A DNA stretch of 64,000 bases from Thecamonas trahens ATCC 50062 (GCF_000142905.1 NW_013657659.1:213487-277486), one strand, 5' to 3'; counted from the stretch's first letter, positions 11,481 to 23,653 are shown. Made by a program: numbers and translations. Notes: a model not told the origin generated them from the sequence alone.

Positions 11481-14231
11481 ATGGGCGTGGGCTGGGTCCA
11501 GTTTCAGGCCCACTTGTGGAAGAACCTACGACTTATGGTACGTGCACGGTGGCGGGGTTGGAAGGGCATGGGCGCGAGAGGCTGACGGGCATGATCCTCC
11601 TGCGCACCGCACCCGGCCTGTGGCCACGCAACTGCTCGAGAGCAACAGGATGGGACTCACAGAGCGCTGCCTGGGTTGATATGGGGAGGGGATGGGATAG
11701 TCAAAGTCATGGAAGGCTGCTGTGGCGACGACGGTGCTGGTGCCGCTGGTGTGTGTCCTGGTGGTGGCCGTGGCTCAGTCGATTGGGTCGTCGTCAGAGG
11801 GAGCGGCGCCATCGGGAAGTCGCGACGCGTTTGATCTTGGCCCCATCCCGCTCTGTACTCCGCAGCCAAGCTGCCTCTCACTGGCGTATACGCCTGGTAA
11901 GCATCCTGTCTTTGTTGCACTCGCCGAAGAGATTGCTCGGGCGAGCGCGCTGCCGGCGAGCACTGTCCGCGCCTTTGAGACACGCGGCGAGATGGAGAGC
12001 TTTGTGCTCGGAAATCCCAACACTACTTCGCTGGCCATCGAGTTTGTGCCCGAGGCCCTCCCAGATCTACAGTATGTGGTGTGGTACAACGCGTCGCTGG
12101 AGAGCGAGGCTGCTGGGTGCTTTGCAGCAAGCGGACTGGTCGATGTGCGGTGCGCAGGTACGGTGCCGCGGATGCGGGTCCAGGCCATGGCAGCGGTCAT
12201 GGCAGCAGCGCTCAATGTAAGCGCAGCAAGCGCCAACATGCTCGGGAGGCCGATGTCTGCGGATGGGCGGCTCGCGCTGGAGCTGAGCGTGCGGCCGCTG
12301 ACGGTCCCGCCCAGCCGCGACGAGACTGCGGCGTCGGTCTTTCTAGCCCTCATGTGCGGCATTTACCTGGCCGGGGCGCTTGTGGCCTCGGTGGTCTTGG
12401 TCGTGCTTGTCGGTGAAAAGGCGAGCGGATCGCGAGCGATGATGTACATCCACGGCCTGCACAACTGGGTCTACTGGCTCACCTGGGGGCTGGTGTTCGA
12501 AGCCGGCGCCGTGACCGCGGCTGGCGTGGTGGCTGGAACCGGCCAGCTTGCCGGCTTTCGGCTCTTTACCTGCTCCGGCCCGGGCCTCATGTTTGTGGTT
12601 GCGGCCGAGTTTTCACCGTCATGGTCGCGCTCGGCGCGGCGCTCTCGGTCCTGGTCAGCTCGGTGGCGGTGGCAGTCGGCCTCGCGGTGGCGCTCTCCAT
12701 TTCGGGCCTTGTTCTTGTCCAGCTCCTCTGCTCAATTGACCTGTACATGCTGTGGGCCGGCTCGGGCTCGCCCGCGCTCTGGGCTCTGCTCTTCTTTCCG
12801 CCGTTCCAGCTGGTCAAGATCGGGACCGACATCAACTCTGGCTGCTCTGCGCAGTATGCGACCGATCGCGACGCGACGCCGAGCTTTGCGTGGCGCGACG
12901 TCTCGCAGGCACCGCAGTACGGACCGTCGGTCGGTCTCAATGTGTGGGCGCCGTCGCTCTCGTTGGGAGTCCTGGCGGCAATGGCGGTTGGCCTCTGTCT
13001 CTTCACCTGGTTTGTCGACTCGTGGATCCGACTCCGCGATGCTCTCTTCTGCTGCCGACCGTCGTACTACCTCCCGCCGCCGCCCGAGACCGTGCCAGAG
13101 GCCAAGGTGCTCGGCATGTACGCCGCCACCTCGCCGGCCAAGTCGTCGTCGCCGCGCCCAAGCTCGGGCGACGCCACGTCGGGCGGCGAGGGCACCGGGC
13201 CGGATCCGGACCTCGAAGCCGAGGTCTCATCGCTGCTGGTCCTCGACCATGGCGGAATGGGGCCGGCCACCGGCGAGCCTGTTCTCCCATTCAAAGTCTA
13301 CAAGATGTGCAAGAGCTACGGGCCAAAGGCAGCGCTGCGCGACGTTTCGTTTGGCGTCGAGGAGGGCACCATGCTCTGCATGCTCGGCAAGAACGGCGCC
13401 GGCAAAACTACGCTTCTCAACGTGCTGACCGGCATGGCGACGCCGTCGTCGGGTGATGCCGAGGTATATGGCCACGCGCTCTCGCGAAACACCCACCACA
13501 TCCGTGCGCTCCTCGGATTCTGTCCGCAAACCGACTCGCTCTGGCCGCAACTGAGCTCGCGCGAGGTTGTCGCCCTCTTTGGCGCCATCAAGGGGGGGAC
13601 CGGCGCACAGCTTGAGCGCGACGTGGCGTCGATCCTCGATCAGCTGCGGCTGACCGGTGAGGCCGACAAGCCGCTTGTCACCCTCTCTGGTGGAACGCGG
13701 CGCAAGGCCTCGCTCGCAGTCGCGCTCGTCGGCTCGCCGCGTGTGGTGGTCCTCGACGAGCCGACCGTCGGCCTCGACGCCATGTCGCGCCGCGCGGTGT
13801 GGGCCCTGCTCCAGAAGCATAAGGCGGGCCGGGTCATGGTCCTTGCCACACACTCCATGGAGGAGGCCGACATGCTCGGCGATAAGATCGGCATCCTCGT
13901 CGACGGCGGCCTCACCTGCATCGGTTCTTCGGCCCACCTCAAGGCCAAGTACTCGGCTGGCTACAATCTGGTCCTAGAAGCCTGCGACGGGTCGACCGCG
14001 ACCCTTGGCGCTATTGTGACCCATGTGACGACCCAGCTACCTGCTGCCCGACTGGCCTCGGCCGACGGCACCGAGCTCATCTTTGCCCTCCCGCGCAACG
14101 TGGCGCCTGCCGAACTTGCGCAGCTGTTCGACACTCTCGAGGGCGTAGACGACAACCTTGTTGTCGATTGGTCCGTCCAGCACACGTCGTTGGAGGACGT
14201 GTTTGTCCATCTCACCAATACCACTCCGTAA
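11481..14231 (+). CDS. ABC transporter subfamily A, half-size (one TMD, one NBD); intron 11538-11700; apparent frameshift at 12610-12613
   Basis: Exon 1 QFQAHLWKN is the ABCA N-terminal motif. GEKASG...GL...YW TMD motif, Walker A GKNGAGKTT, LSGGTRRK signature, LDEPT Walker B and SLEDVF tail. The two ORFs fuse if T4 is T5. Confidence 0.88.
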
Positions 14232-14365
14232 GCTCGACACGAGACTGCGATATCGTAAATCCCGTCGAGAGCCTCACCAGGCCGGTGCGCCTCAGGCCAC
14301 CAGCCACACTGCCACCCGGCCACCCCTCCAGCCACAGCCACACGTGACTCGGGTGAAACGCAGCC

Positions 14366-17344
14366 ATGTCTGAAGCCGATGCGCTCATCAACTGGGTACG
14401 TCTATGAAGGGAGGAAGGATAGCCAAGCGGGTCTGTGTCTTGCATAACTATGGGAGTTGGGCTCTATGCATGTATGTGAGGGGGTGTGGAAGGGGGGGGG
14501 GGGGGGGGGTCGAGGCGAAGTGACGTCGGCGGGTGTGACCCCCCTGTACTTCCCCCGTTTTTGGGGTTAAACCACCCCTGGATTGCGGGCTGGGGGGGGG
14601 GCTGGGCGGGCTGGGTGGACGGGTCGCATGGCGAGGGGGGGTAGCTCAACACGTTCCCGCTGCCGAACCCGGTCGAGGGGGTGCAAGAGCTGGCGGCGGG
14701 TGTGGTGATCAATGCGGTTCTGTGCACGATTGCGCCGAGCCATTTCTCGTCGACGACAGTGGATGCGAGCATCAACGAGAGCAACTGGGTAATGGCTGAA
14801 GGCAATGTGCGCAAGCTGCTGGCGACGCTGGACGTGGCATACCGTGAGCTGCTCAACATCAACATGTCTGGCGTCATCGAGGCGGTGTCAGCCGAGGCTG
14901 TGGCGCGCGGCGAGGATGAAGCAGCTACGGTGGCGCTGCTGGAGCTGGTCCTCGGGCTGGCCGTTCAAGTGGAGAACAAGCAATCGTACATTGCCGGCAT
15001 CATGGGCATGCCCAAAGAGTCGCAAGTCATGCTGATGAACGTCATCAAGAGGATTCTGGAGCAGTCGCGGCGGCTGTCGGGCGCAGGCGGCAGTGCGAGC
15101 TCGGCGGCAGCGGCTCCGGCGGCAGCGGCCCCGGCAGCGGGCGTTGAGGGTGGCGCGGTGAGCGAGGCCGAGGCGCGGCGGGTGTTCACACTCGAAAACG
15201 AGGTTGCCGACCTCAAGGACGCGCTCAGCCGGGCAAGCCGCGAGACAGAGTCTGCGCAGCTCAAGGCGGTGCAGGCACGGAAGGAGGCGGAAGAGCTGGC
15301 GCTGTTCAAGGAGCGTGCGACGGAGCAGGCGGCATCGCTTCAGGCCACAATCGAGGGCCTCCAGGCGCAGGTCAAGTCGACGAGCACGGCCGCGCAAGAG
15401 TCGCTCAAGGCTGAGGCGGCGCGGGCGCAGGCGCAGATTCTGGCGGCAGACGAGAAGGCTGACAAGGCCGAGGCCGTTGCGCGCGAGAAGAGCGCCGAAG
15501 TCGAGGCGCTCAAGGCCAAGGTGGCAAGCCTTCGTGAGATCGAGGAGGCGTACCACGAGCTGAAGGACGAGTCCGACGCGCTGCGGTCGAGCTCGCTTAA
15601 GGCTGACAAGCTTGAGCGGCAGCTGGCCAAGTACAAGGAGCGAATCACGGCGCTGGGCGATCTCAAGAAGCAGATGGCGGATATGCAACAGGAGAACGAC
15701 CGCAACGTGGAGAAGCTGGGTGAGGCCAATGCGCGGGCGGCGCGGGCGACTCACCTCGAGTCGCAGATTGCCGACTATCGCGAGCAGGTGACTGCCGGCG
15801 AGGCGCGTGTCCACGCGCTCGAGCTCGAGAATGAGCGGCTGGAGGCCAAGCTTGCCAAAGCCAAGGAGGCGGTGAAGGAGGCGGCGCAGGCCAACGAGCT
15901 GCTGCGAGCCCAGGTGGTAGCGGGCGGAAGCGCGGTTGGCGACGGTGACGGCGACGGCGAGCTGGTCAGCGCGGGCGTCTCGTCGGACCTTTTCACGGCT
16001 GACCTGCAGAACAAGCTGCGCAAGGCCGAGGAGGAGAACCGGATGCTCAAGGCGGCAGCGGCGGGCGGGAGCAGCGGTGACAGCAGCTCGGCGCTGGCGT
16101 CGGTGCAGGAGGTTCTCGAGCGGGTGCAGCTCTCACGTGACTCGCTTCAGGAGCAGCTGACTGTGGCGACCAAGACGATCCATGCCCACGAAGACACCAT
16201 CGAGGAGCTCGAGGGCAAGCTCGCGGCGTCGTCGTCGGCCTCGCTGGGCTCTGAGCTCGAGGCTGGTAAGGCGCGGATGGCGCTCGAGTCGCTGGCCAAG
16301 GCCGAGCGGGCGCTCGAGTCGCGCGAGGCCGAGCTGGCGACCGCGACCAAGGACGCCGCCGAGCTCCGGCGCGAGCTGGCGACGACCAAGGAGGCGCTGG
16401 AGCGGGTCCAACAGGAGAACGTCTCGCTCGAGTCGAAGCTCTCGTTGGTCGGTGCCGACTCTGCTGAGGCGCTGGAGAAGCTGCAGGCCCAGGCGCGCGA
16501 AGAGATGGAGGCCGCGCTGGCCATGGAGCGGTCGGCGGCGGCGGCGCAGCTGGACGACTACAAGACCGAGCTTGAGGCCGCCGAGGCCGATGTGGCGCGG
16601 CTGGAGGGCCAAGTCAGCGAGCTGCAGGAATCGCTGGCGGCGGCCGAGGCGAGCGCGGCCGAGGCGACGGCCGAGGTCAAGAGCCTCGGCGCCGACCTCA
16701 ACGAGGTTCACAAGGCCAAGTCGGCGGTGACCGAGGAGATGGTGGCGGCCAAGGAAAAGGTGGCGGCCAAGGACGCCGAGCTTGCCGAGCTGGCAGCAGC
16801 CAACGCCACGCTGCAGGGCAAGATCGAGCTCCTCGAGCACACCACGTCGGCGTCGGCCGGCTCGTCGCAGGAGGCCGCGATGCTGCGGGATCAGGTGACG
16901 GCGCTGACACAGAAGGCCCACGCGCTCGAGCTGGAGATTGCTGGCGCCAAGGCGGAGCTTGCGGCGGCGGACGTGCGTAACGAGGCGCTGCAAGACAAGC
17001 TGACAGCGTCGGCGGCGCAAGTCGAGCAGCTACAGGGCGTGGTCCGCGACGCCCAGACCGCAGCTGTTTCCGGGGCCGGGGCGCTTGGGTCGGAGGCCGC
17101 GGCCGCGCTGCAGACCACGGTCGCCTCGCTGCAGGCGCAGCTGGCGGACAAGACCAAGGAGGTCACGTTCTACAAGACGCAGTTCCACGAGAGCAAGGTG
17201 GTGTTTGCCCGCGAGAACCAGCTCATCACCACTGCGTTCTACAATCTCGGCCTCGAGCTGCAGCGGCTCAAGTCGCAGTCGCGGATTGCGGCCGAGAGCT
17301 CGGACAATGGGTGGCTCAACTCGCGGCGGTCGGCGGGGCGGTAA
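14366..17344 (+). CDS. HOOK: HOOK-family dynein adaptor; intron 14396-14644
   Basis: Spliced N-terminus MSEADALINWLNTF...ELAAGVVI (Hook CH-like domain), long coiled coil, and C-terminal RENQLITTAFYNLG...WL motif. Confidence 0.85.
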
Positions 17345-17376
17345 AGCAGAGCGAGAGCGAGGCGGGGTTGGGTATT

Positions 17377-18672
17377 TTATGCGGCAGGAGTCGGCTTGGG
17401 CTCGTCGGCAACGTCGTGGTCAAAGTCGCTGGCAATGCCGTTCTCGGCAAGGAGGCGGCGGGCGACGTCTTCGGCCATCTCGCGGGCCTTCTCCTCGGCG
17501 CGGGTCCGCGGTGAGCCGTACTGCAGACGCTCGTACGCGGCGACGAGCGAGTCGTAGTGGTCGGGGTCAAAGTCGAGCTTGCGGCAGAGTGCCTTGTACT
17601 TGCGGTCGTAAAAGTAGCCGCGCAGGCCCTCGTACGAGTCCGGGTCGGCCGAGGTGACGTTGTAAAAGCCGTAGAGGAGGACGGCCTGGCCGATCATGAC
17701 GACGTACGAGACCGGCTCCATGATGTCCCAGGAGAACTCCCACCAAGTGAGGCGGGTGATGATGCCAAGTTGGGCAACAACGCCGGCAAAGCCAAGAAAC
17801 ATCATGCGCGAGGCCGAGGCTGCAGACTTGGACTCGATGGTGGACTTAATCTCGGTCAGCGGCTCGATCTCGGCCTCCATCGAGGCCAGGAGCTCGGTCT
17901 TGGGGTTTGCGGCGGCAATCTCGTTCGGAGTCATGACGTTGAGCGTCCGATGGAGCTGCTTGAAGACCCGCCTCGGCTTAATGAAAAGAGTCGAGGCGAG
18001 GTTCGGCTCGTCGTAAAAGTAGAGGATGGAGCCGCAGCCAGCCAGCGAGCGGGCGAGGAACTCGGCCTCGAGCTCGTCGATCTCGTACTTTTCGCACAGT
18101 TCGACAAACTCCTGCTTGGGCATGGCGGAGCGGGTGTCGCGACGGAGGGCCTTGGCCACGGCGGCAAAGTCCTCCTTCTTCAGCAGCTGAGTGATGTCGA
18201 GCGAGCCGCCGAGCCGGGCCTTGGTTCCGTCGTACGACGGCACGAGCGAGTGGACCTCACCGCTGAGCTCGAGCTGGAGCGGGGCTCCAGCAGCGACCGA
18301 CGACTCGCGGAGGACCGAGGCCCAGGGCGTGGAGCCAGCAAGGGCGACGCCCGACGGCGAGCGGAGGACAACGTCGTCGACGGAGAGGCTCGGGTCGTTG
18401 GCCACGAGCGAGTCGACCAGCGACGCCACCGTGTCGCCTGCACCGAGATGGAAAGAGACTGGGCCAGACGAGAGCGGCACAACCATACGTGCTGCAGGCG
18501 GAGCGCCCGGCGAGCCGTCCAGCACCAAGTCAACAGCCGCCTTGGCTGCCGCACTAGCCGCCGGTGCCTGCACAACGGCCGCCCGCCACAGCCAGCGGTG
18601 GGCGAGGGCGGGGCTACCACGCACCACAGCAGGGAGGGCCGGTGCAAGCGAGCGCATTGCCATGCGGAACAT
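17377..18672 (-). CDS. MCU: Mitochondrial calcium uniporter
   Basis: WWEFSWDIMEPVSY selectivity filter between two TMs. Arg/Ala-rich presequence from ATG 18672. Confidence 0.95.
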   Translation of the reverse strand: MFRMAMRSLAPALPAVVRGSPALAHRWLWRAAVVQAPAASAAAKAAVDLVLDGSPGAPPAARMVVPLSSGPVSFHLGAGDTVASLVDSLVANDPSLSVDDVVLRSPSGVALAGSTPWASVLRESSVAAGAPLQLELSGEVHSLVPSYDGTKARLGGSLDITQLLKKEDFAAVAKALRRDTRSAMPKQEFVELCEKYEIDELEAEFLARSLAGCGSILYFYDEPNLASTLFIKPRRVFKQLHRTLNVMTPNEIAAANPKTELLASMEAEIEPLTEIKSTIESKSAASASRMMFLGFAGVVAQLGIITRLTWWEFSWDIMEPVSYVVMIGQAVLLYGFYNVTSADPDSYEGLRGYFYDRKYKALCRKLDFDPDHYDSLVAAYERLQYGSPRTRAEEKAREMAEDVARRLLAENGIASDFDHDVADEPKPTPAA

Positions 18673-18869
18673 ATTTGAGTGTTGATGGGGGATTGGTGGG
18701 GGGGGGGGGGGGGGGGGGGGTGAGGGGGGGTGGAAGAGAGAGGGTGAGGTGGGGTATTCGTCGGTGGCGTGGCGTGGGGGGGGGGAGGGGAGGAGAGAGG
18801 GAAGGGCGGCGGACATCAAATAATTGTTCGTTTCGTTCGATTGATGGGTTTTGGCTCTGCCTGCCCTTG

Positions 18870-18996
18870 TTTGTTCGGCCGTCCGTTCGGCCGTCCGCTC
18901 GGCCGTCCGCTCGGCCGTTTGTTCGTTCGTTGCTCGGCTGTTTGCTCGGCTGTTTGTTCGTGCGGCCATTCGGCCATTCATTCGGCCATTCGTTCG
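18870..18996. repeat. Degenerate 12-bp tandem repeat (TTCGGCCGTCCG) in the divergent MCU/DnaJ promoter
   Basis: Visible periodic TCGGC(C/T) cores. Confidence 0.8.
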
Positions 18997-19086
18997 ATCC
19001 TCCCCCACTCGCTCACTAGCTCACCCTCCTCTGCTTCGAGACCTCATCGAAGTCCGCAACGACGGGTTGTTTCAGGGAGGTGGACC

Positions 19087-19720
19087 ATGGATGTGCACAA
19101 GGCATACAAGCTGCTGGGCATGCGGAGCAGTTCGACAGATGCAGACATCCGCTCAGCGTACGCCATGTCTGGTGGGAAACAGGGCCGGGGGGGGGAGGGG
19201 AGGGGGAGGGGAGGGGGAGGTGGTGCCATGCCGCTCACACGGGCCACTCACCGATGGAGGGCGTAGATACCTGAGGCTGGCCAAGAAGACCCATCCTGAC
19301 GCGCAAGGTGCCGGGCCGGTTGGTGGGCATGGCGGGGCTGGTGCGTTTGGGGCCGTCAAGGAAGCGTACGAGGTGGTCAAAGCCCACCGGGCGGGGTTGG
19401 CTGACGACGGCGGGCCGCAGGCGCCCGCAGCTATGCAGCACGGCGTCTCGGCGGCAGGCATGGCGGCAGAGATGGCCCGCGGATATGGTGGCTCGGCAGA
19501 AGCCCAGTTTACAACCTCAAAGCCGGGCTTCCTCCAGCGCGATGTCGGCCGCGACATCGCGCGCTCCGAGCACGCCGCCCGCGCCGCCGCCGTTGCCGCC
19601 AGGCAGTCGCGCTCCAACACCCGCGGCCTCTTCGGCTTTGGCATCGTTCTTGCTCTCGGCCTCTACGCCGGCATGTCGTACTTGCGCGGACGCGATCGGA
19701 CAGGTTCGCGATTCAGCTGA
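19087..19720 (+). CDS. Small J-domain (DnaJ) protein with a C-terminal TM helix; intron 19158-19266
   Basis: After splicing GTACGC..CGTAG: AYKLLG...DIRSAYLRLAKKTHPD...FGAVKEAYEVV. Hydrophobic tail GLFGFGIVLALGLY. Confidence 0.85.
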
Positions 19721-19726
19721 CGCGGC

Positions 19727-21481
19727 TCACGGCGCAACGACTTCGTCGAACGGCTCCAAGTCTAGCAGGATCTCCACCGGTGTGTCGAGGTCGAGCTGAA
19801 GGTCGCGCAGGGCGGGGCGGTCGTCCGACTTTGCCGCAAGTGATGCACGTGTCTCGATCGGCAAATTCCACGGTGCGGCGTATCCGATGTGCGGCGGTGC
19901 CGGTGGCGGATCGAGGTGGACGCTGGCTAGCGCCGCCTCCCGCTGCCGGGCTAGCGCAGCGCGGCGCTCCTCGCACCGGCGTACAGCTCGAGCGTCAAGC
20001 TCCGACTGCGTCGGTGGCGGTGGTGGCGCCGGGTGGTAGACCGGTGCCGGGTCACGCGGGCGTGCCATGCCAACATCCGCTCTATCCGCCGGTGGCGCCG
20101 AGAACCGTGGCGGCGGCGGCGACCACCCCTCGAACGACGCCATCCACGACGGCGAGGCCGACAGGTCGCGCCCGCGCGAAGCTTGGCGACGTGAAGCAAG
20201 CGGCCCGAGTGGATAGGTAAAGTCTGTCCAGTCTCCGGTACTGGCCGCTGGCGCAACGATATGCTCGGATTGTGGGGCATGGCTATCCTGCGTCGCGTTT
20301 GCCCGCTCGAGGCTAGAGCTAGATCCGGAGCCAGATTGAGAGCCGGAGCCGGGAACTGACACCGACGAGCCCTGGCCCGTGAGCGACGTGGCGGTCATCT
20401 GCCGCGCGGTAATCCGACGCGGCGTGAGAATCCCGCTCGAGCCGCTGCAGCCCTCAAGCGTCAGCAGGACCCGTGGGATCGCGCATGGAGGTAGCGACGC
20501 CGCTGGTGATGTTGGCGAGACCGGGCTGTGTGCGTACGACGAGGCCGACGAGACAAACGATGTCTCGTCAGCGTCGTTCTCAGTGTCTGCGCCGGAAGGT
20601 GGGCCTGCCGCGGACTGGGGCCGCGGCGTGCCGGCTGCACTCGCAGTCACGTCCATGTACGAGTACGTGTACGACGAACCGCTATCGACGTCGACATCGT
20701 CTGCAGCATCAGCGCCGGCAGCGTTCAAGGTTAGTGATGGCATGACTATGCCCAGCGCATCAAGATCCGGGTAGCCAAACAGCGGGATAAAGTCCTCGAT
20801 GAGTAGCGCAAGGAGCCGAGCAATGCGGCTTCCGTCGGCTCGGAGCACCGCACGCGCTGCGCTCTCGTCGTCCGGGAGCACCTCAGCTGGATGGACGTGG
20901 ACAGTCTTGCCCAGAATCCGGGCAAGTTCTGGGACCGACGTTCCCGCCGCCGCCAGCACCGAGCCGTACACTAGCAGTGCGGTGAGGAGAGTGAGGCGGG
21001 CTGGATGGAGCGCATCGATGACCGGCGCCAGGCGGGCCACAGCTTTGGCGCTCCGTGCAGCAGGATAGTCGTCGCTGCTGGCTCTCCCTACTGCACGATC
21101 GATGGCAGTGAGGTACAGCTCGCTGCAGTGCTCGCCACGGCCGACGTAGCTGTCGGCGGCGGCGAGGACGGCAGCGTGAGCAGCCGGCGGGAGGAGCGCC
21201 GGATGGCCATCGCCGGCCTCGAGCGTGCGTAGGATCGAGTACATGACATCGGCCGCCACCGACAGCCCGACTTTTGCCCATCGCGGCGTCGTGCCGGCAA
21301 AGACCGCGTTGGCTAGCGAGGTCTCCAGCGCCGCGGGCGTCGTCCGCCGCGGGTGCGCCTCGCCTCGCGCCGCAAGCAGCACGCTCACCAGCGACGCAAA
21401 CGGGGGGCGCAGCCGCTGGCCCTCGACCAGCTTTTCCACTAGCCGCGGGGGCGGTGCGTCCCATTCGCGCGGGGCTGGCAT
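19727..21481 (-). CDS. Hypothetical protein with a divergent RhoGAP-like helical domain and a low-complexity tail
   Basis: Long ORF. The IDALHPARLTLLTALL...ELARILG...LLIEDFIPLF pattern resembles the RhoGAP C-terminal helices, but no clear arginine-finger motif is present. Confidence 0.5.
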   Translation of the reverse strand: MPAPREWDAPPPRLVEKLVEGQRLRPPFASLVSVLLAARGEAHPRRTTPAALETSLANAVFAGTTPRWAKVGLSVAADVMYSILRTLEAGDGHPALLPPAAHAAVLAAADSYVGRGEHCSELYLTAIDRAVGRASSDDYPAARSAKAVARLAPVIDALHPARLTLLTALLVYGSVLAAAGTSVPELARILGKTVHVHPAEVLPDDESAARAVLRADGSRIARLLALLIEDFIPLFGYPDLDALGIVMPSLTLNAAGADAADDVDVDSGSSYTYSYMDVTASAAGTPRPQSAAGPPSGADTENDADETSFVSSASSYAHSPVSPTSPAASLPPCAIPRVLLTLEGCSGSSGILTPRRITARQMTATSLTGQGSSVSVPGSGSQSGSGSSSSLERANATQDSHAPQSEHIVAPAASTGDWTDFTYPLGPLASRRQASRGRDLSASPSWMASFEGWSPPPPRFSAPPADRADVGMARPRDPAPVYHPAPPPPPTQSELDARAVRRCEERRAALARQREAALASVHLDPPPAPPHIGYAAPWNLPIETRASLAAKSDDRPALRDLQLDLDTPVEILLDLEPFDEVVAP

Positions 21482-21618
21482 GGGCGGGTGGCTGGAGCCT
21501 GAGAGGAGTACGGGTGGTACCAGGTCGTACCGCCGCACCGACCTGAGGCGGGTCGGCGGCCGACGCCACGACGTAACCCAGGTGCTTTGTGTTTGCTGGT
21601 GGAAGGAGGAGGAGGGAT

Positions 21619-23361
21619 CTAGTCACGGCCGTGGCCGGCGGCAAGGCGGGCGCGATGCGCGGCCTGGACAGAGCGGGAGAGGACGATCTCGTCGTGGACG
21701 CCGTCGGACTGGTCACCGCGGTATTGGAAGGTGAGAGTGTCTGCAGTGGTCTCAATCATGCAGTAGCCCCAGTTGGCGGTACGGAAGACGGACCAGGCCG
21801 GCTGGAAGAAGTGGTTCGACGAGTACTGGGACCATGGCATCTGGAAGGTGTGGCCGGCCATGCCAAGGACGACGTAAATGGGGTGGCCCGGCGCGCCGAT
21901 GGCGCGCTCCGGGTACAGTGACTTCATCGGCTCCGAGCGCTCGTACTTGTGGACGTGCCCGGTAAGGACGAGGTCGACGCCGTGCTTGAGGAAGAGCGGC
22001 TCAAACGCAATGGCGAACTGGTCGACGAGCTTCGAGTTCATGTTGCCATGCGACGACGAGAGCATCGGCCGGTGGAGCGAGACCACCAGCCAGGGCGTGA
22101 TGGTCCGGTCGACGCTCTCGAGATCGGCCGCGAGCCAGGTCCACTGCGGCGAGCCAGCCACAAAGTCGGTTTCGGACGAGAGCGTGACAAAGTGGACGTT
22201 GCCAAAGTCAAACGAGTAGTACAGGTTCGACGAGACGTTGGCGTTCGGCATGGCAAAGCGCTTCATGTACGGCACGCCACACTCACCGCCGGAATCGGTG
22301 CCGTAGTTGGCAAACGGCGGGCGCCACGGCACACGCGACGGGTCGTTCGGCGGCGGATGCTCGTAGTCCCACTCGTGGTTGCCGACGCCGACCATCCACG
22401 GCCGGCTCGTCGCCAGATCCTCGATGTGGTCGAAAAAGTACTCCCAAAGGAATGAGTAGCCGCGCGCGTACGAGATGTCGCCCACGTGCAGCACAAGCTG
22501 CGGGTCGTGCTTGCGGACCCACTGCAGCGTCTTCTTGGCCGGCGGCTGCTGCTCCGGCCCGATGGTGAACGGCAGTGCGACGCCAAGATCGCCAAACACC
22601 GCAACCTTGACGCCCTGCTCGGCGCCCGCAGGGACCGGCGCCACAAACGACGCCACCTCCGCCCAACCAAAGGCCTCGGAGCCGTACGTGTAGTACACTG
22701 TGGCGCCCGGCTTGAGCCCGGTCATGACCGCGGTGTGGAGCGAGCCCGGCTTGATAAAGTTGACCGACTCGTTCGCCGGCGCGTTGCACAGGTCACCAGT
22801 GGTGTACGTCGTCGTCGTCGCCGGCGCCTGCGCGTCGAGGCTATCAGGCGACGCGCCCCAGCGGACCATGGGCGTGCCGAGGTCGCGGGTCGTCCACGAG
22901 ATTGACATCGAGCCCGCGGCCTCACCGAGCGCCAGATGGCCCATTGTCGGCTCGTTCGGGTTGGCCGGCGCCACATTGTTCGAGACGGCGACAACCGCAA
23001 GCGCGTCAACGTCTGCCGAAGCCCGCGAGAACAGCCGCAGCTGCAGCGGCTGGCGGAAGTTGAGGACGGCGTCGGCAATGACAAACGAGCCCGATCCGGA
23101 CTTCCATCCGGTGGCGTTGGTCGCCATGTACTTGCCAAAGTACTTGCTGTCCGGATTGCCCGCAGGCACATACAGTGCCACAAAGTCGTCGACCGACGGA
23201 TGCGTCACCCCTGTCCAGCTCACCGTCACGTTGGCTCCCGAGTGCGGCAGCGTTCCTGGCGTCGCCCGCAGCGTCACTCCGCTGCCGGCCGCGCCCGCCA
23301 CCAGCGCAGCCGCCACGCACGCTGCAACCACCACCACCACCGCGTTGTTTGCCGTAACCAT
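21619..23361 (-). CDS. Purple acid phosphatase (secreted or lysosomal; FN3-like plus metallophosphoesterase domains)
   Basis: Signal peptide and all five PAP motifs: GDLG, GDISY, GNHE, VSLH, GHVH. Confidence 0.93.
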   Translation of the reverse strand: MVTANNAVVVVVAACVAAALVAGAAGSGVTLRATPGTLPHSGANVTVSWTGVTHPSVDDFVALYVPAGNPDSKYFGKYMATNATGWKSGSGSFVIADAVLNFRQPLQLRLFSRASADVDALAVVAVSNNVAPANPNEPTMGHLALGEAAGSMSISWTTRDLGTPMVRWGASPDSLDAQAPATTTTYTTGDLCNAPANESVNFIKPGSLHTAVMTGLKPGATVYYTYGSEAFGWAEVASFVAPVPAGAEQGVKVAVFGDLGVALPFTIGPEQQPPAKKTLQWVRKHDPQLVLHVGDISYARGYSFLWEYFFDHIEDLATSRPWMVGVGNHEWDYEHPPPNDPSRVPWRPPFANYGTDSGGECGVPYMKRFAMPNANVSSNLYYSFDFGNVHFVTLSSETDFVAGSPQWTWLAADLESVDRTITPWLVVSLHRPMLSSSHGNMNSKLVDQFAIAFEPLFLKHGVDLVLTGHVHKYERSEPMKSLYPERAIGAPGHPIYVVLGMAGHTFQMPWSQYSSNHFFQPAWSVFRTANWGYCMIETTADTLTFQYRGDQSDGVHDEIVLSRSVQAAHRARLAAGHGRD

Positions 23362-23430
23362 GTCTTGAGAGAGGGAGGGGGGGAGAGGGGAGGGGGGAGA
23401 GGTCTGCTCGGGTGTCAAGGGCTTTCAGGT

Positions 23431-23442
23431 GGTCACGTGACC
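23431..23442. promoter_or_regulatory. Perfect palindromic E-box/CLEAR-like element GGTCACGTGACC
   Basis: 12-bp palindrome 70 bp upstream of the PAP ATG, in a divergent intergenic region. Confidence 0.45.
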
Positions 23443-23653
23443 GGGGATGGCTGGCGAGGAGTCAAGCGAAGAGACCGGCGGCTGTCGAAGACCAGAAAGT
23501 GCAAAAAGTGCGAAAGTGACATGGCTTCGGCGGAGATGCGCAGTTGTGCAGTTTGCAAAGACGGCGCGCTTAAAAGGCGACGATATCGAGCATCGGTGTG
23601 GACCTTCCACAAACACATACCCTTTACTCTCGACACCATTGATCAAGATCAAG

